Assembly: GCA_020137815.1 (NCBI GenBank)
Contig: CM035350.1
Span: 6,572,001-6,636,000, forward strand
Length of the DNA stretch: 64,000 bases
Reading direction: 5' to 3'
From: Hormiphora californensis
Lineage: Eukaryota; Animalia; Ctenophora
This document shows, piece after piece, positions 1 through 14,464 of the stretch. The position numbers and the translations under genes were made by a program. The number at the start of each line of letters is the position of its first letter. Positions within the stretch are counted from its first letter, which is position 1. The notes under the pieces were generated by a model. The model ran no database searches and was not told the DNA's origin. It was given only the letters and a program-made list of their open reading frames with translations.

Positions 1-1974
1 ATTACAGAGAGCACGAGAGAGAGAGAGAGGTAGGAAGAGGGACCGCAGTAGGAAAGGAGATGAAAGAAAGCGCAAGCGTTTTTAAAGAGGGATTAAGGTA
101 AAATGGTAAAACGTATCGATAAAAAGTGAAGGGAAAGGAATTAAGAAAAATAAAGAGAAAGATAGAAAGTAGGAATAAAATAATAAAATACCTACCTCTA
201 GGTTGGGAGGTAGATAGTTGTAGGACACATATCAGTATTGATACGTGGAGGATCATGCTACCCATGGTATCCCCGCCATGGCTACTACCTGTTAACATTT
301 GGAGTGTTTAACGTGGGTTGTAATGTGCGTTAACGTGTTGGGGCGAACGTGTGGGGATGGAATTTACTTCAAATTTTGCCCAATTTTCTTCATTGTGAGA
401 GAAGCGTGACAGAGAATAAAGGGTGCTAAATGACTTGGCCGACAAAAATTGTACAATGAAATTCTGAGAAGTCTGAGAAAATTAAATTTCTCTAAGAAAC
501 CTCCCATATATACCAAGAACATGATAATGAACAGTGGAAGAGTCGGCAGAGAAACCATCGAGAAGAGATCGATATAATAGTGAGAGACAATGATCATTGC
601 AGATCATGTATATCCAGCTGCATGATTGCAAGTTTTCATTAGCAATTGCAACTGCGTGTACACCACACCAGATAATGGCACCTAGATACAACACCCCCAT
701 CTGATCCTTGGAAGCAACCCCCCCCCCTTGGAGGAAGTAGGTGGACCTATCAGGGACCAGTATTTCCTAATTCGGTCGGTTCCAGGTGGACCTTATACAA
801 AGAGTTATGAAAGGTACGATAAAAGGTCATTACGACTGATGAATGGGGTTTGTTTGTGAATTGTGCCGCTCAAAACTGATCAAACTCAAAGTCAGTGTCG
901 AACTAAAAGGATGATCTGGCACTGCTGTCTCGCCTCCTGTGTGACTGATTACAGTCCCAAACCAGAGCAACCCAAACCAGAGCAATCAACAAACCAAACT
1001 TGACTCTCGGGAATATATGGACTAGACGAAAAGTAATAAATTACCCACACACCCGCATACTCTCTCTCTCTCAACTCACTTATCTCAAAAGTCAACGTCT
1101 CCCACTCTGACTGGGCTCAAGTGAGCGCTCACACGTCTTTTTGTGCCCCTAAGCGCAACAAGTGCAGTGTTGATTTCGATAAGCTGCATTGCGTCTTTTC
1201 ACGGATTATTATTATTATTATTAAATCTGTTTACAATAACTTGACACTGTCAATATATATATATATATATATATATAGTACATAACGTTCTGCACGCAGT
1301 GCAAGCGCGCCATATACGCTCTGCACTGCAGAGCGTATATGGAGGTGAAATGCACGACAGCGGAGCTAGGCTGGAGTGCATTTCACACCTATATTGCACG
1401 AGTGAAACGAGTGCGATATAGGGGCGCTTGCACATGCCGTGCAGGACGTTATTGAGTATATATTCCGCGAGAAAACACATGACAAGCAAAACAATCATAA
1501 TTTTGGGTGATTACACACAGAGAGATGTGACAAAACAAGGTACAAACTAAGCAAAACTACACAAAAATACACTTTACACCGGTTACACACAAGGGAGAGA
1601 AGGTCTGATAGTTTGAAACAGTGAAAAGAAGAGAGAGATAAAGAGAAAGATGCGAGAGAGGGAGATTGGAATTCTTGGAAATAGCAAACAACAAAACGTG
1701 TAAGGGGATAATTAGTGAGAGAAAGAGGGAGAGTGAGTGTAAAATGGCAGACTGTGTGTCGTGTAGTACCTTGTCAGTCATATTTTGTGTGTTTGTGTGT
1801 GAATAAGGTGTAAAAACACATTTCTCACTTATATCCCGCTACCTGTATATCTGCACGCTCCCGCGGAAGCACAGTGCATATTTCAGCGTGCAAATGGTCG
1901 CGCACAGCGGGAGTGATATGTGCACTCGCGGTATATATATATATATATTTTTTTTTTTTTCACGGATGAATGAC

Positions 1975-2590
1975 ATGGTCTCAGCGTAACACTCCTTTGC
2001 CTATCACAAATCTTCCTGGCCGCTCGCTCCAAAACCTTCCCTACTTCTCCGGCAAAATCACCCGATGTAGAGAATACGAGAGGCGTGAAGGAACCCTGCT
2101 CCACGTCTTGCACCCTTCGCATATAGGCCAGTTTCTATTGATTTTGGTGTTGCTTATACAGGTTCGTGATGGGCACCTTCAGGTAGAATGGGGCGTTTGG
2201 ACGGAAATCCATGAAACTTGCCTGCATGTCAGGCCACAACAGACTATATGTCCATTCGTGCTTCAGCTTTGATATTTGCACTGATTGGCAAATTGAATCC
2301 TTCACGGGGCAACATTGGCTGTTCAGTGTTAACGGGTTTAAATCCCGCGTACCGGAGGATATCGGCTAGGGTATCCCGAAGGTGGTCGTGTCTCCACATG
2401 TCAAAGCCTCCAACCTTGCAGATCAAGGCGTGGTCACTGCTGTTTTGTGCCCCACAGCCGCATTTCCCGATCAGGTCCGGGAAGTGGAAGCCGTATCTAA
2501 GCCGAATGGCATCAACAAACTCAAGCTGGTTGATTTCATGACCGAGTTTCTGTAGCGGCTGAGCAGTTAGCCAACTAGAAGCACCGGGTT
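1975..2590 (-). mobile_element. Degenerate 3' fragment of an RLE-type (CRE-like) non-LTR retrotransposon: zinc knuckle plus restriction-like endonuclease region
   Basis: Minus-strand translation GASSWLTAQPL...EFVDAIRLRYG...CGCGAQNSSDHALIC (CCHC)...RHDHLRD...EARMDI, then after frameshifts FTPLVFSTSG. These motifs are typical of the C-terminus of CRE/RLE-clade ORFs. Confidence 0.8.
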
Positions 2591-3178
2591 CAGAGCATAA
2601 TTAGCTCCATCGCACGCTGTGTCAAATTTAAAAAAAAGAAAAGTTGGACTTGAAAAGTTTCAGACGCGGCGCGGCGACTGAAATTGAAAGTTTTAATTTT
2701 TTTATCCCTTGCGCGGCACTTTTTAGTATAATGCGCGTTTATGATTTGCGCGTAAGAATAAATTACTGCGCTGGCAAGTGCTCCCTGGCCTTTAATGGAG
2801 GTATGGGGGCAAAGCAATGAAAAATCGCCTGAGTTCATCGCATTCGTATTGCATGCATAACATGCTGATGACCGATGCCATGCTGAATTGAAGGATGATA
2901 TGCATATGGATCATCATATAATATTAACCGAAACGGAAAAGAAATAGACTCAATTTATGAAACTTTGCAAGTCCAACATATGTCAATCTAAGTACAATAA
3001 AATCTAAACCGTAAAAACTTAATGGTTTAAATTCCACACACTGAATGAAGTTTTATGATCATCATCAATCAAACAGATCATCTCGCACTCAATTTATGAA
3101 CAAATTTTGCTATAAAAACCGTCAATTCTTTTTCAACATCATAATCATATCTGAATAACTTAAATCCCCTAATTAAAA

Positions 3179-6100
3179 TCACCGATTTTTACCCTTCTTT
3201 CCCGATTTTCCCTTATCGTCTAAAGATACATGTTTGGTGATTTTAACTTTCGATTTGTTCCCATTCCGGTGTGAGGTATTGTCTAGTGTCTGTGCCCTGG
3301 GGATTGGTTTAGGGCTCATTGGCCCTACTTCATCTCCCCTCTCCTCATCCTCTCTCTTCTCCTCGCTCTTTGAGGTTTTCTTCTTGAATAAAGCTGAAAA
3401 CATGGTCGGTTTCTTTTTTGTTTTTTCCTCCTCCGAAGAGAGATCTTTCTCCTTGTTGAACGATTTAGATCTCTTCATGTTGTTAGTTTGTAGCGGGGGT
3501 GTCGGTTCCTCATCATCCTCATCAGACCCCACCTCATCATCGTTATACTTGAAGGAGGCAGAGCTATCAGCACCACCACCAGCCGCTATACTGGACATGC
3601 TCTTACACTTGCTAACCTTCCTCTCAGGGGACAGTCCCCTGGACTCGTACGGAAACTGGGAATCCGAGGTCTTCCTACCAAACTTGTGTGGTGGAGGTTT
3701 AGCATTGTACATTTCTCTGAGTGCCTCCTCCCTCTTTCTCTCCAGCTCTTCAAACGCGTTGGTTTTCCTCAGATTCTGTGATTTGAAGTTGATTTCTGCA
3801 GTAACGATGTCTGTGTCTGATTTGGTAAACTTCCTCTGTGCAGCCCGGATCTCTTCTGTCTCCTGAAGGAGAGGGTGGGGATGTTAGGGATAGCCAGTGT
3901 AGACCTACTCAGAGTAAAATTGTAAATAATATTGATTCGAAGTGTTTTCTGAGGCTGCCAGATGAAGCCACAAAATAACACTGCACCCATTATCAAACAC
4001 AGCCAATAGACCGCGTTTTCAAAACTCCAACTCCAACTACTTATAATCCAACTCCGTTCTCCAACTTCACCTATAACACAAAATACACCTACAGTCCAAC
4101 TACTCCAACTCCGTTCTCCAACTCCACCTACCTGGATAGACATGATCCGTTCCTCATGATTAGGTATCAGTTGACTGATCTCAAATATCAAATTCTTCTT
4201 CTCCTCGTGGATATCGTACTCGCTACCAGTGCTGATATACAGAGGATTGGTTCCTCGCATCTGTTGGTGTTGTGCTACTCTACAAGTAGGAGATATATGG
4301 GTTAGAGGTGGGTGGAGGGAGAGAGCTGGGGGGGGTGTACTGGGGTAACAAGAAAAGGGGCATGTTCCAAAGAAAATATGACTCATATATTCTAGGGAAC
4401 ATATATTATGAGCCCACAATGTTCTACAACAGCAATATAATGTCGAGGGAAAGATATCTTTCGTAGAAGCGCACTGAGACGTGTCGGATAGTTAAAGTGG
4501 TAGCGTGAAACATCCCAACTCACTTTTTCAATGACTCCATTAGCACATTAAGATCTTGGCATCTGACGGTGACATCTTCCAACATTGGTTCCTCATCTCC
4601 CAGGAACTGTTCCTCATTGACAATGATCTCTAGTTCCTCCTTCATCACTATCTTTAGATTCTCCTTCAACCCTTCAAACATCGCTGTGGAGGGAAGGTAG
4701 AGGCTGTTGAGGTTGAGAGTTGATGAAAGAACAGTTCATCAGTTTCAATAATTGGGGTTTTCTTCCAACCCCCCTCCTTTACATTTGAAACAGGGTCGAG
4801 CAAAGCAAAACTGGGGGTACACGGACTCCCACAGAGCGCGTATAGAAACAAGGTAAACTTACAGTTCATTCGAGTTACTTGGTCGGTATACGTCTTTAGC
4901 TCAGCCTCCATGGTATCTAGTTGACCTGGATCCAATCTCACCTTCCGCTTTACTACATCAGTCCTCAGCACATCGACTGCTTTTTCCAAATCCCTTGGGG
5001 AAGGAAGGGGGTCAGTGTCCACAAATCACAGAGAAATTATTTAGGTATAACGATTAACGAGGTGGGAGGGGTTCCGGTATAACAGGACAACAGCACTAAT
5101 ACTAACTTGATATTTGTGTAAGTAGATTCACTCTGGTTCCTATATTCACCCTCCACTTTGTCAACCTCCATCCTCAACCTCCTGATCCCCTGTGGCATGC
5201 TACCCTGGATGTGTCTCACTATCGCCTCCCTGGTCTCCCTAACAATGGCATCCATCTCCGCCCTCCTCTCCAGCTCCTTCCTTTTCAAGTTGATCATCTC
5301 AGTTTTAGTGTCCTGTAGTTGGGAGTGCAGGGACCTGATGATGGCGTGGAGGTGGGCTGTGGGAACCTGGGGACCAAAATCTGTCTGGCTGGAGACGGTA
5401 GACCCGGCATCGGATCGGAGGTGATGCATCTCACTTGTGATCATGGATAGTTTCTCCTCCACTAAACTCAACCGGGACCTGGGGGGAAGTGGGGTGTTAG
5501 AAGAGAGAGGGTGTATAAAAGAAGGGGAGGTGCTAGAAGAAGGGGGTGAGTAGAGAGGGTGTATAAAAGAAGGGGAGGTGTGCAAGTCAGCGGTGCTTGA
5601 AGAGAGAGAAAGAGAGTTTCACAGCTGAGAAAAGTCTAGAAAACAAGGTATAAAGATAAGATAAAAGAGCTGGTGTGTGTCGGTCAATTATTACTCAGAT
5701 TGTGTGTCTGGATGTTTCTGGTCTGTTCGCCTGTTTGTCTGTCGGGCACCCGTAACCCCATATGCAAGGGGTGGTCTGAGAGAGAGAGACAGCTATTATA
5801 AAGAGTGCTAAACTGCTTTGAGAGTTTAAGACACGCACACACACACACAAAAGATATACTTTCTTACTTTCGGTTCTCTCGTTGGCGGCTCACACGCCTG
5901 GACGCACAAATTTAACAATCAGAAACAACATTTTGGAAAAAGGTTTTTGACTAACTATAGGTTTTGTCCCTAACTAATTCAATAAAGATGGTCCAACTTA
6001 CTTTCCAGGTCGTTTGATGATGGAGGGAGGCATCATGGGCTGAGCTGGGATAACAAACCCGCCCCCAGAGGAGGATAGAGAGGAGTTTGAGGTGTTATGA

Positions 6101-7844
6101 AGGTCCTCTAGACTCTGACTACTACCTCGGTCTATCGTAGCGTTAATAAACTCATCGTGGATCTTCAGGTGGGCTCCTTTAGGGAGTGGGTGGAGGTCAG
6201 GGAGTGAGGTTCTAACCCTCCTTTGTAAGGGGAGGGGGGTCAATAAACAATATATCCCCTTTAGGGAGGGAGGAGGAGGTCAATAAACATCTCCCGATTA
6301 GCAGAGTACATGACACATCCAGATTCTAATACCAATTGTTACCTTTTTTAACGTCGTTTTTGTCATCAAGTTGGTAGAATATCTTGGTTTGTGGGTCCTG
6401 GATATAGATGGCTTTGAGGGGTACCATATCAGCAGTAAGGAGATCTGTATAGGCATTGATACACTTCTCCAATAGCTTGTCGAGAGGTATAGGCAGGGCT
6501 GGTACCACTACTCTTCTTACTTCTTTACCGTATTGGGCGAATATGTGTTCTGAAAAGAGGGGGGGGGGTGAGAAAATAATCCCTTATCTCTCCCAACTCT
6601 GTCTCCCTGACTCCCAAAAGTAAATAACCGAGTTATTTACGTTTGCACCGGATATAACAAGATCATCATATCCGGGTTGAATGCGTCACACACAACACCC
6701 TAACAACTCCCTGAAAACACCCTAACAACACCCTCAAAACACCCTCAAAACTCCTCACAACACCCTCACATGTAAGAAACACCCTAACAACACCCTAACA
6801 ACACCCTCACAAAATGCTAAACAGTGCACGCTCTGTAAAATGCTGACACCCTGTAAAATGCTGATCACACCAGCTCACCTCTCAGCACCACCACTCCATG
6901 GTCTTGCTCTGCAGTAGGTGCGGCACTATGGTGCAGGTGACTGGCACTATGGAATCTCTTCCTTATGGCTGAGGGAGACGAGGATGTCCGGGAGGCGACA
7001 CAGAAAAATGCGGACCGTAGTGACCGGCGGGTGATATTGAATCGGGATAGTTTGGTGTCAGGAGGGTGGGAGTCTGGATGGTTGTAATGTCTCATGTGTG
7101 TGCTATTTCGATATACAAGAGTTAGAAAAGATACTAAACTAACTAAGAAGCCGGACAAACAAAAGGCTGGAAGACCACTGGAAAAAAGCTGGAGCAGTTT
7201 AATTATAACCATTAGGCTAAAAAATCGCTAGGAATAAACTATGTTGTTATTGTAAATTACATCTATTTCTCCCTCTCTATCTTTCTATCTTTCTTTCTCT
7301 CTAGCATGTGTAGCTAAGATTAAACCATTGATGGCGGTGGTAGCACAATTAGAAAATTAGAAAATATGTTCAGCTCGTCCTATAGCTTTGCAGTGCAGCT
7401 CCGCATTTCTCTCTCTACCTATTTATTTTCCCTCTGCGTCTATCTCGCTCTAAATTGTACCGCACGCGTCTGAGGGAATTGTCTCGGCGAGATACAAAGA
7501 TGACAGGGGAGATAGAGATATTTAGATAGACAGAAACAGTATTACACCCCTAGTGAGCTGTGAAACAGTTGCAAAAGCTACAAAACAAGACATGTGATCA
7601 GATCTGCGGAAGATAAGATAAAGAATCATGATCCTACAAGGTGATCCCTACAAGACCCCAAGCTACTCGCCAAGATCGTGCCCCAGATTTCAAAAACACT
7701 AACAATCCAGTCTGAAAAATTATACCAAATATATCAACATTGTAGCAGTGTCCCTCTTAGAGGGGGTTATAACCATCAACTACAGGACCCACACTCATTC
7801 TCATTATGATACACAATGGGACGCATATTTGATGAGGTAGATCT

Positions 7845-7890
<46 letters not shown>

Positions 7891-7952
7891 AATCTCTCTC
7901 TCTTTCTCTCTCTCTCTCTTTCTCTCTCTCAATCTCTCTCTCTCTCTCTCAA

Positions 7953-8012
<60 letters not shown>

Positions 8013-8018
8013 TATCTA

Positions 8019-8068
<50 letters not shown>

Positions 8069-8336
8069 CATCTTAAAACCCACTCTACCGGATCAAGAAG
8101 ATATGCATGTTACATCGCCCAAACAGACCCACACTGCCCCCGTTCTAAACCAACATCAGGTTATTCCCTACTCCTCTCTCTCTGCAAGTGTCACTACTAC
8201 ACGGTCAAGACACAAGGCAAGATTTGACAAATGTATCGGAGAGGGAAGGGAGTAACTAGTACTCAGAGTTCAGAGTTGCCAAGCAATGTGCCCCCCTGCG
8301 AGATATTTATTATTGAGTTGTGCTGCGTGGGAAATC

Positions 8337-8372
<36 letters not shown>

Positions 8373-8381
8373 AAGAGAGAA

Positions 8382-8457
<76 letters not shown>

Positions 8458-8520
8458 AAAGAGAGAGAGAGATTGAGATTGAGAGAGAGAGAGGGAGAGA
8501 GAGGGAGAGAGAGAGAGAGA

Positions 8521-8612
<92 letters not shown>

Positions 8613-9686
8613 AGAGAGAATCTATCGTATTGAGTAAGGTGGTACGTCGTTGAATGACTGAATACAGAGTACAGGCCCTGTGCACATTGCACAACGTATA
8701 TGCATGGTGCACATATGTTAATCACCAACCTCTCGACATGAAAGACAAGCAAGAGTGAAAAGGCAATTTAATATCAGCAGTTATGTCGACGTCAGCACAA
8801 AGCATATTATATACACGCCCTCTTCACTCCTATTTCACCCCGGCCCCCCATTTCGGTAGACTGTCCAATAGAGATGCTACCGAGCACTAAATAATCGCTG
8901 AATTCCAAGCTGAGGGGCTATTTACAAGGGACAAGTAGAAAGCACAGAGATTGCGACAAGAGAAATTACTAAGCTTTTAGCTGCGTAAAGTGCAAGAGAG
9001 AAAATGTGAAAGAGATAGGAGAGAAAAACAGCTAATCTCCATTCTTCAAAAGGCATGCATGTTGCCTGCTCAGCCACAGAAATTCTAATAAGTTTTGTAA
9101 TTTTGATATGTCGTACATAACAAAAAGAGATTACAGGAAGAAAGCAAGTGCGGTGGAAGCGGTTAGAAGAAGAAGTGAGAGGTGGCTAGTCGAGAAATAT
9201 GGGGCCAGGTGTACAGTAGATTATACTGATCGAATAAGCCATGGAATACTTTTAGTACATATTACTAAAAGCATGTTGACCCAAGTCGAATGATATCTTA
9301 ATATAGTTGGATCAATGGAGTGACGTGTGTGATCTGTTAATAACGACACCTCGCACATATATCGTGCATCGTTGGTGGGTCATTGGCTGCATACCAAGTG
9401 TGATACGGTGTAATTAAAATATAGAGCTCCTCATGAGGAGAGATATAGAGTCGCTATATCTCTATTAGAGAGATATCGAGTCTCTATATCTCTATTTTAG
9501 AGAGCAGACGGAGCTCCATGATGAACTAGCCGCGTCTGAGGGGAGACACTGCACGACAACACGCAGCAAGCCCCCTAGTTATATACTTCTCTCATTCTCT
9601 GGTGTACTCTGTGAGTTATAAATTCACATATCAACACAAGCTCATAGCTCTCACCTTACCATCAGACACGCTTATCAGGCTGAGAT

Positions 9687-9718
<32 letters not shown>

Positions 9719-12328
9719 CCCTCTCTCTCTCTCTCCCTCCTTCCCAGACAAAGTAACAACTCACCATTAGGGGTCCGCTGCTGGACAGCCTTGTAGAAAT
9801 CTTCAGGAACCTGAAAAGTAGAGAGTTAGAGATTTATTGTAATGACCATGAGCCATCATCATGATAATGGTAAAAAGGGTGTTTATTGGGGTGTTTGAGG
9901 GGTACCTTGGGTCTGTTTTTCTTTTTGCTTTTTTTCACCGTGTCTGATTCGTTCTGTTTGTCTAGTTTGAACAGTATAGCTCTCGCGTCACTCTTGTTTT
10001 TCTCAATGTGTTTCGATGCAATGAGAAGATTCTTTTGACTGACAGCCGGGGGAGTGCTAGTCCTTCTTGCTGCCTCTTCCCTTCTGTGTCTCTCTTCTGC
10101 TTTTGCCCTCGCCTCTGCAATCTCCCTCTCATATGCTGCTTGTTTCCTCCTCTCCTCTTCCTCCTTCCTCTCCCTCTCTTTGAGGGCTCTCTCCATCTCG
10201 TTCACCCTCCTTCTCTCTTGCTCCTGTGCTTCTCTCGTCTCCTTCTCCCTACTTCTCCGTACCTGCTCAGCGAAAGTGAGCCCGGGCTCCAATCTGATGG
10301 GAGACACTGGTCTGGGAGCTCCTAGTGGAACATTCTCCTTCACAGTGTCCTCTGAACTGGAACTGGAACTAGCATCTCTCTGTTCATTCATTCCAAAGAG
10401 ATCAAACAAAGACCCACTTGCCCGGCCAAACAGACTCTTCCTTCTCAACGTCTCCTCCCCTTCCTTCTTCTCTAAATACTTTGCTACAGGGTCTCCCCTC
10501 TTCTTTACCCGTATACTACCAATATCCCCCACAGAAATAGTCTTCTGTAGCGTCTTCTTTTCTGAGGGGGACACCTTGTTAGACCCAGAGGTCCGTTGTG
10601 AGTCTCCAGAAGAAGAAGAAGACGAGTGTTCCTCAGATTTGTGTTTCCTCCTCTTGCCCTTCCCTGGCCCCTTGTTCATCTCCCTCCGCAGCTCTCCCAT
10701 GTAGGGTTGTCGCTGCTGCTGAGGGGGAGGGGGTTGTGGTTTCTCTGGAGGAACCCTCTGTTCCCTACCCCCACCACCACTACTACCACTACTACCGTCA
10801 CTGTGTCTGTCGTATATCATACTGTTAGGTACTAGGTTTCTCTTCTTGTGATCATTATTGTAAACAGGTGAGGGTTGACCCCTCATCCATTCATATGGCT
10901 CAGCCTGTCTGTTATCTTGTTTGATTTGGTTTGGTCTGTTATCCTGTCTGTCAAAAAGGTTCTGTAGCCCTACCGCGCCCTAGGGAAGAGAGAGAGGGGA
11001 ATGTCAAGGCATGCTTTTATATTGAAATGTGTTGATGGGTGGGCGTGTGTGAGGGAATGTTCATTTGTATGATTTAGCGACAGGCTGGATATTATTAAAG
11101 TTGGGGAGGGGGAATCCTACATATTAGTAAAGTTGGGGAGGGGGAATCCATCATATTAGTAAAGTTGGAGAGGGGGAATCCTACATATTAGTAAAGTTGG
11201 GAAGGGAGAATCCTACAAATTAAGTTGGGGAGGGGGGTATAGCACACCCACAACATCAAAAGAGAAGCATGAAGTTTCTTGCTTTGTTCGACCCTAAAAT
11301 AAAAAGGGTTTGAACAAAACAAGATGTTTCTTACACTAGCAAGATAGTTCTCAACATCTTCGTTTCTCTGGTGATATCGCCCCTCTTCTAGAAAGTGGTC
11401 CTCAGAGTATCTCCTCTCCCTACCAGCATGAAGACTATCCTCCCCTCCTCCCTGGTTCTCCTTATCACTCTCCTCACCAGGCCAGGGTACTAGGGCGGCT
11501 GGAGGGGAGGGTACTATGGACGGGATGGGGGCAGCTGGAGGGGAGGGTACTACATACTCCTTCTCTGTACCACTACTACAGTCAGATTCTACCCTGGATG
11601 CCTGAGGAGTCACTCTCTCCTCCCTGCCATCAGAGGAGGACAGAGACTCCCTGGACCTCCCCTCCCTTCCCGTAGTTTCCATGTATATCGAGAGAGGGTC
11701 TAGTGTTGCGGGCACCCTCACTTTACCCGCTGAACAAGGTCTCTTCCTCTGGACACCCTTCTTCCTCTCACTCCTCCTCTCACAAGACCTGGCCTTCTTC
11801 GCCCGGGGTTTCCTCCTCGTCCTATCAGGGGGAGCTAGACCCCCGGGGGGATGGGGATGTAACCCGTGGATACAGGTTACCCTTGCCAGTGCTGAGACAT
11901 GGGCACACCTCTTCTTATCCACTACACGAGGGACGTTATTCTCGAACTCAATAAAGATCCCGTCTATACTCGTCTCCATTACATCCCCCTCCCCCTCGTC
12001 TCCAGAACTCATGTGATGAAGCACCCCTGAAGTACCGTGGTGGTGACTGGTGCTGATGAAGATGTTGTTTTTACATTGGCTCCACCGCTTCCTGGTACGG
12101 GGTGTCAACAGCTCCTCTCCTCCATCGTCCACCTCCGGACGGTGGGTGTTCAGTACAGGGATGGGCTGTTGTTGGGAGTCAGTAGAGGATAGTTTGCGGG
12201 GTTGTTCTATAACAGTATCTTGATATGAGGAGGTACTACTGGAACCCAGGTCAACTGCAGAGGAGGATGTTTTCCCAGGAGGGGTTGAGTAGGAGCTGCG
12301 TAGGGCGAGTAGGAGCTCGTTCATATCT
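3179..12328 (-). CDS. Multi-exon AIP3/Bud6-domain protein, SRCIN1 (p140Cap)/KIAA1217-like; core exons about 11335-12328, 9906-10979, 9765-9810, 6343-6549, 6002-6220, 5107-5478, 4863-4993, 4524-4683, 4132-4279, 3179-3862
   Basis: Exon 6343-6549 reads IFAQYGKEVRRVVVP...LKAIYIQDPQTKIFYQLDDKNDVKKG, matching the AIP3 N-terminal motif (YLQYG...IYI.D....FYEL.D...I..G). It is followed by coiled-coil exons (DLEKAVDVLRTDVVKRKVR). Exons have GT-AG boundaries; joining of the 9.8-12.3 kb exons to this gene is inferred. Confidence 0.7.
7844..8616. repeat. Facing (CT)n and (GA)n microsatellite tracts (7844-8065 and 8339-8616); many more GA/CT tracts occur throughout the window
   Basis: Directly visible dinucleotide runs. 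They generate the spurious SLSLSL/ERERER ORFs in the ORF track. Confidence 0.98.
11095..11235. repeat. Intronic minisatellite, about 32-bp unit (TTAGTAAAGTTGGGGAGGGGGAATCCTACATA), about 4 copies
   Basis: Direct tandem copies visible. Confidence 0.9.
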
Positions 12329-12702
12329 CTAAACGGCCACACAAGGGTCAGGTAAAGGGGGGAGATATGACAAAGCAGGGGATGGGCTACAATTAGAAGA
12401 GAATCAGAATGCAAAAGGAGATATTATACAGCATGCAGCAGGCTGACCAACATAGAGAGCTAGCGGACACACACACACGCTTAACTAGGTGCTAGTGAGT
12501 TGTTTAATACACGCTAGAGGGGGGTTGTATATGTTAGGTCATTGACCTGACTTAGAGGGGGTAGGTACATATCTCTCACCTGTAGCCACCGCATCACTCA
12601 CTCTCTCACATACACACACGCCCACTTGTACGCCCTGTCCTTTCGAGAAATATTATTACTGAGCTGCAACTTACTAAACGAACTCTGTCACAACACGGTG
12701 CA

Positions 12703-12782
<80 letters not shown>

Positions 12783-13210
12783 TGAAAGCTACAATTGGAT
12801 TACTGACTGGCAACGCACTCTCTCAAAGTCACTGTACTGGGGATAGGAGGAAATAGACACAGCTATAGTCAAATACACGGCAAACGGAGGAGAGATAGAG
12901 GGTGGAGAAGACAGGGAGGGGAGATAGAGGGTGGAGAGATAGAGAGAGGGCTCCTCACTCAGAACTGCGAATTGGCGGCCCCCAAATTAGCAACGCAGTG
13001 CGAAGTACGATGTGGTTTTCACAAACTAACTGCTGCTAATTTTCGCAACCCGTCGAAATAGATGTCGAGAGGAAGAGAATAAGAGGGGAAGAGAGGAGAG
13101 AAATAGGAATAAAGATAGAGAGAAGGGGGCAGGGAGGGGGAGAGATAGAAGCTGCCCGGCCAGCTGCGCAAATTGGCTGCCCCATTTAGCACGAAATCAC
13201 AGCGCTTTAA

Positions 13211-13641
13211 AGGTTGACAAGATACCTAAAACTTTTCGTATATCGTCTTATTTTGATTTATCATTAATTTTCAGCATTTTTTCAGAATTTTTGTCGGCTA
13301 GAAAAAAAAATCGAAATAGGGGGGTCTACCGAGTATTGTCAGCACTGGTTTTACTGGGGGCCACTCACTGCGTCTCCAAATTATTGGTTCGTATAAGGCA
13401 TCAAAGGATAAAGTAGTATGGTTGGTGAGTTGGTCAAAACACCTTACAACTACTGCCAACTTCCAAGAGATCATACAACAAGCGAACCTGATATTACGGT
13501 TGTATTTAAACCACGCTCCCTCAGTTTTTGGTACCCCAATTTAATATTTCTAGCCGACAAAAAATTCTGAAAAAATGCTGAAAATTAATGATAAATCAAA
13601 ATAAGACGATATACGAAAAGTTTTAGGTATCTTGTCAACCT
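13211..13641. mobile_element. MITE with about 90-bp TIRs and TTAA target duplication (Kolobok-like termini AG...CT)
   Basis: TTAA|AGGTTGACAAGATACCTAAAACTTTTCG... and ...CGAAAAGTTTTAGGTATCTTGTCAACCT|TTAA form a near-perfect inverted repeat with no ORF. The superfamily is assigned from the TSD and termini only. Confidence 0.9.
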
Positions 13642-14301
13642 TTAACAACTGCAATAGCTGTAGCATTAGAAGGGGAAGAGGCACTTAGGGGAGTTTCTCA
13701 CTGACGTAATACCCCGAGAATTAGGTGCGAAGAGGTAGGCAGGAAGAGAGGGGTTTTTAGCGACGTGATGTAAACAGGGTTTACCCAGACAATTAGCATA
13801 GACAGAGTCCATTGGACCTAGCCTTTCTTGGGAAATAGAAGAGACACGACAGTAACAAGATATATTGGTTAGTGCTATAAAGGGCATGCGAGGTATGCCA
13901 AGGTAGTATGTGTGGCAGTAGAAGGAAACACACATACACACTACAGTGGCTAGACTCCAAGAGATCAAACAACAAGAGGTCTGATGCCTGATATATAGAG
14001 GTTGTGTAGCTCAAACCACGCTCCCTGAGGGTTCGGTAGATCAAGGTAGAGATGCTTTCAATACAGAATAGTGCTGTATGGCGACTCACATTGGCTGGCT
14101 TAATAATCTTTGTCGGAATGGAGGGGAGGAACAGAACTGAACTCACCGGCCGAAGAATGTTCAGATACAGGTTGAGAAGACGGTTTAGGAACATGACTAG
14201 CAAATAATGTGGGTTTAGACAACTCTAGAAATACTTGAACAATCGTCTCTCACACAAACACACGCTATCTATCTTTCTCTTTCTCTCTATCTCTCTATCT
14301 C

Positions 14302-14339
<38 letters not shown>

Positions 14340-14464
14340 TCTCTCTCTCTCCCTCTCTCTTTCCCTGTCCGCGCCCTTTGCCAACTGCACAGAGCTCACA
14401 AGGGCTGTCAGACGGGTAGGCAGTAATAAGATAGTACATAGCGGCCATATATGTGTGTGACTTA

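Noticed and set aside
3234-3866. Long plus-strand ORFs (also 10054-10704, and 35557-36210 on minus)
   Set aside because: Antisense shadows of real coding exons on the opposite strand.
7816-8752. Numerous ORFs with SLSLSL or ERERER translations here and elsewhere
   Set aside because: They are translations of (CT)n/(GA)n microsatellites, not genes.
11095-11235. Regularly spaced repeats (also 21050-21260, 31285-31430, 36570-36712) considered as a CRISPR-like array
   Set aside because: No unique spacers, no cas genes, eukaryotic intronic context; ordinary minisatellites.
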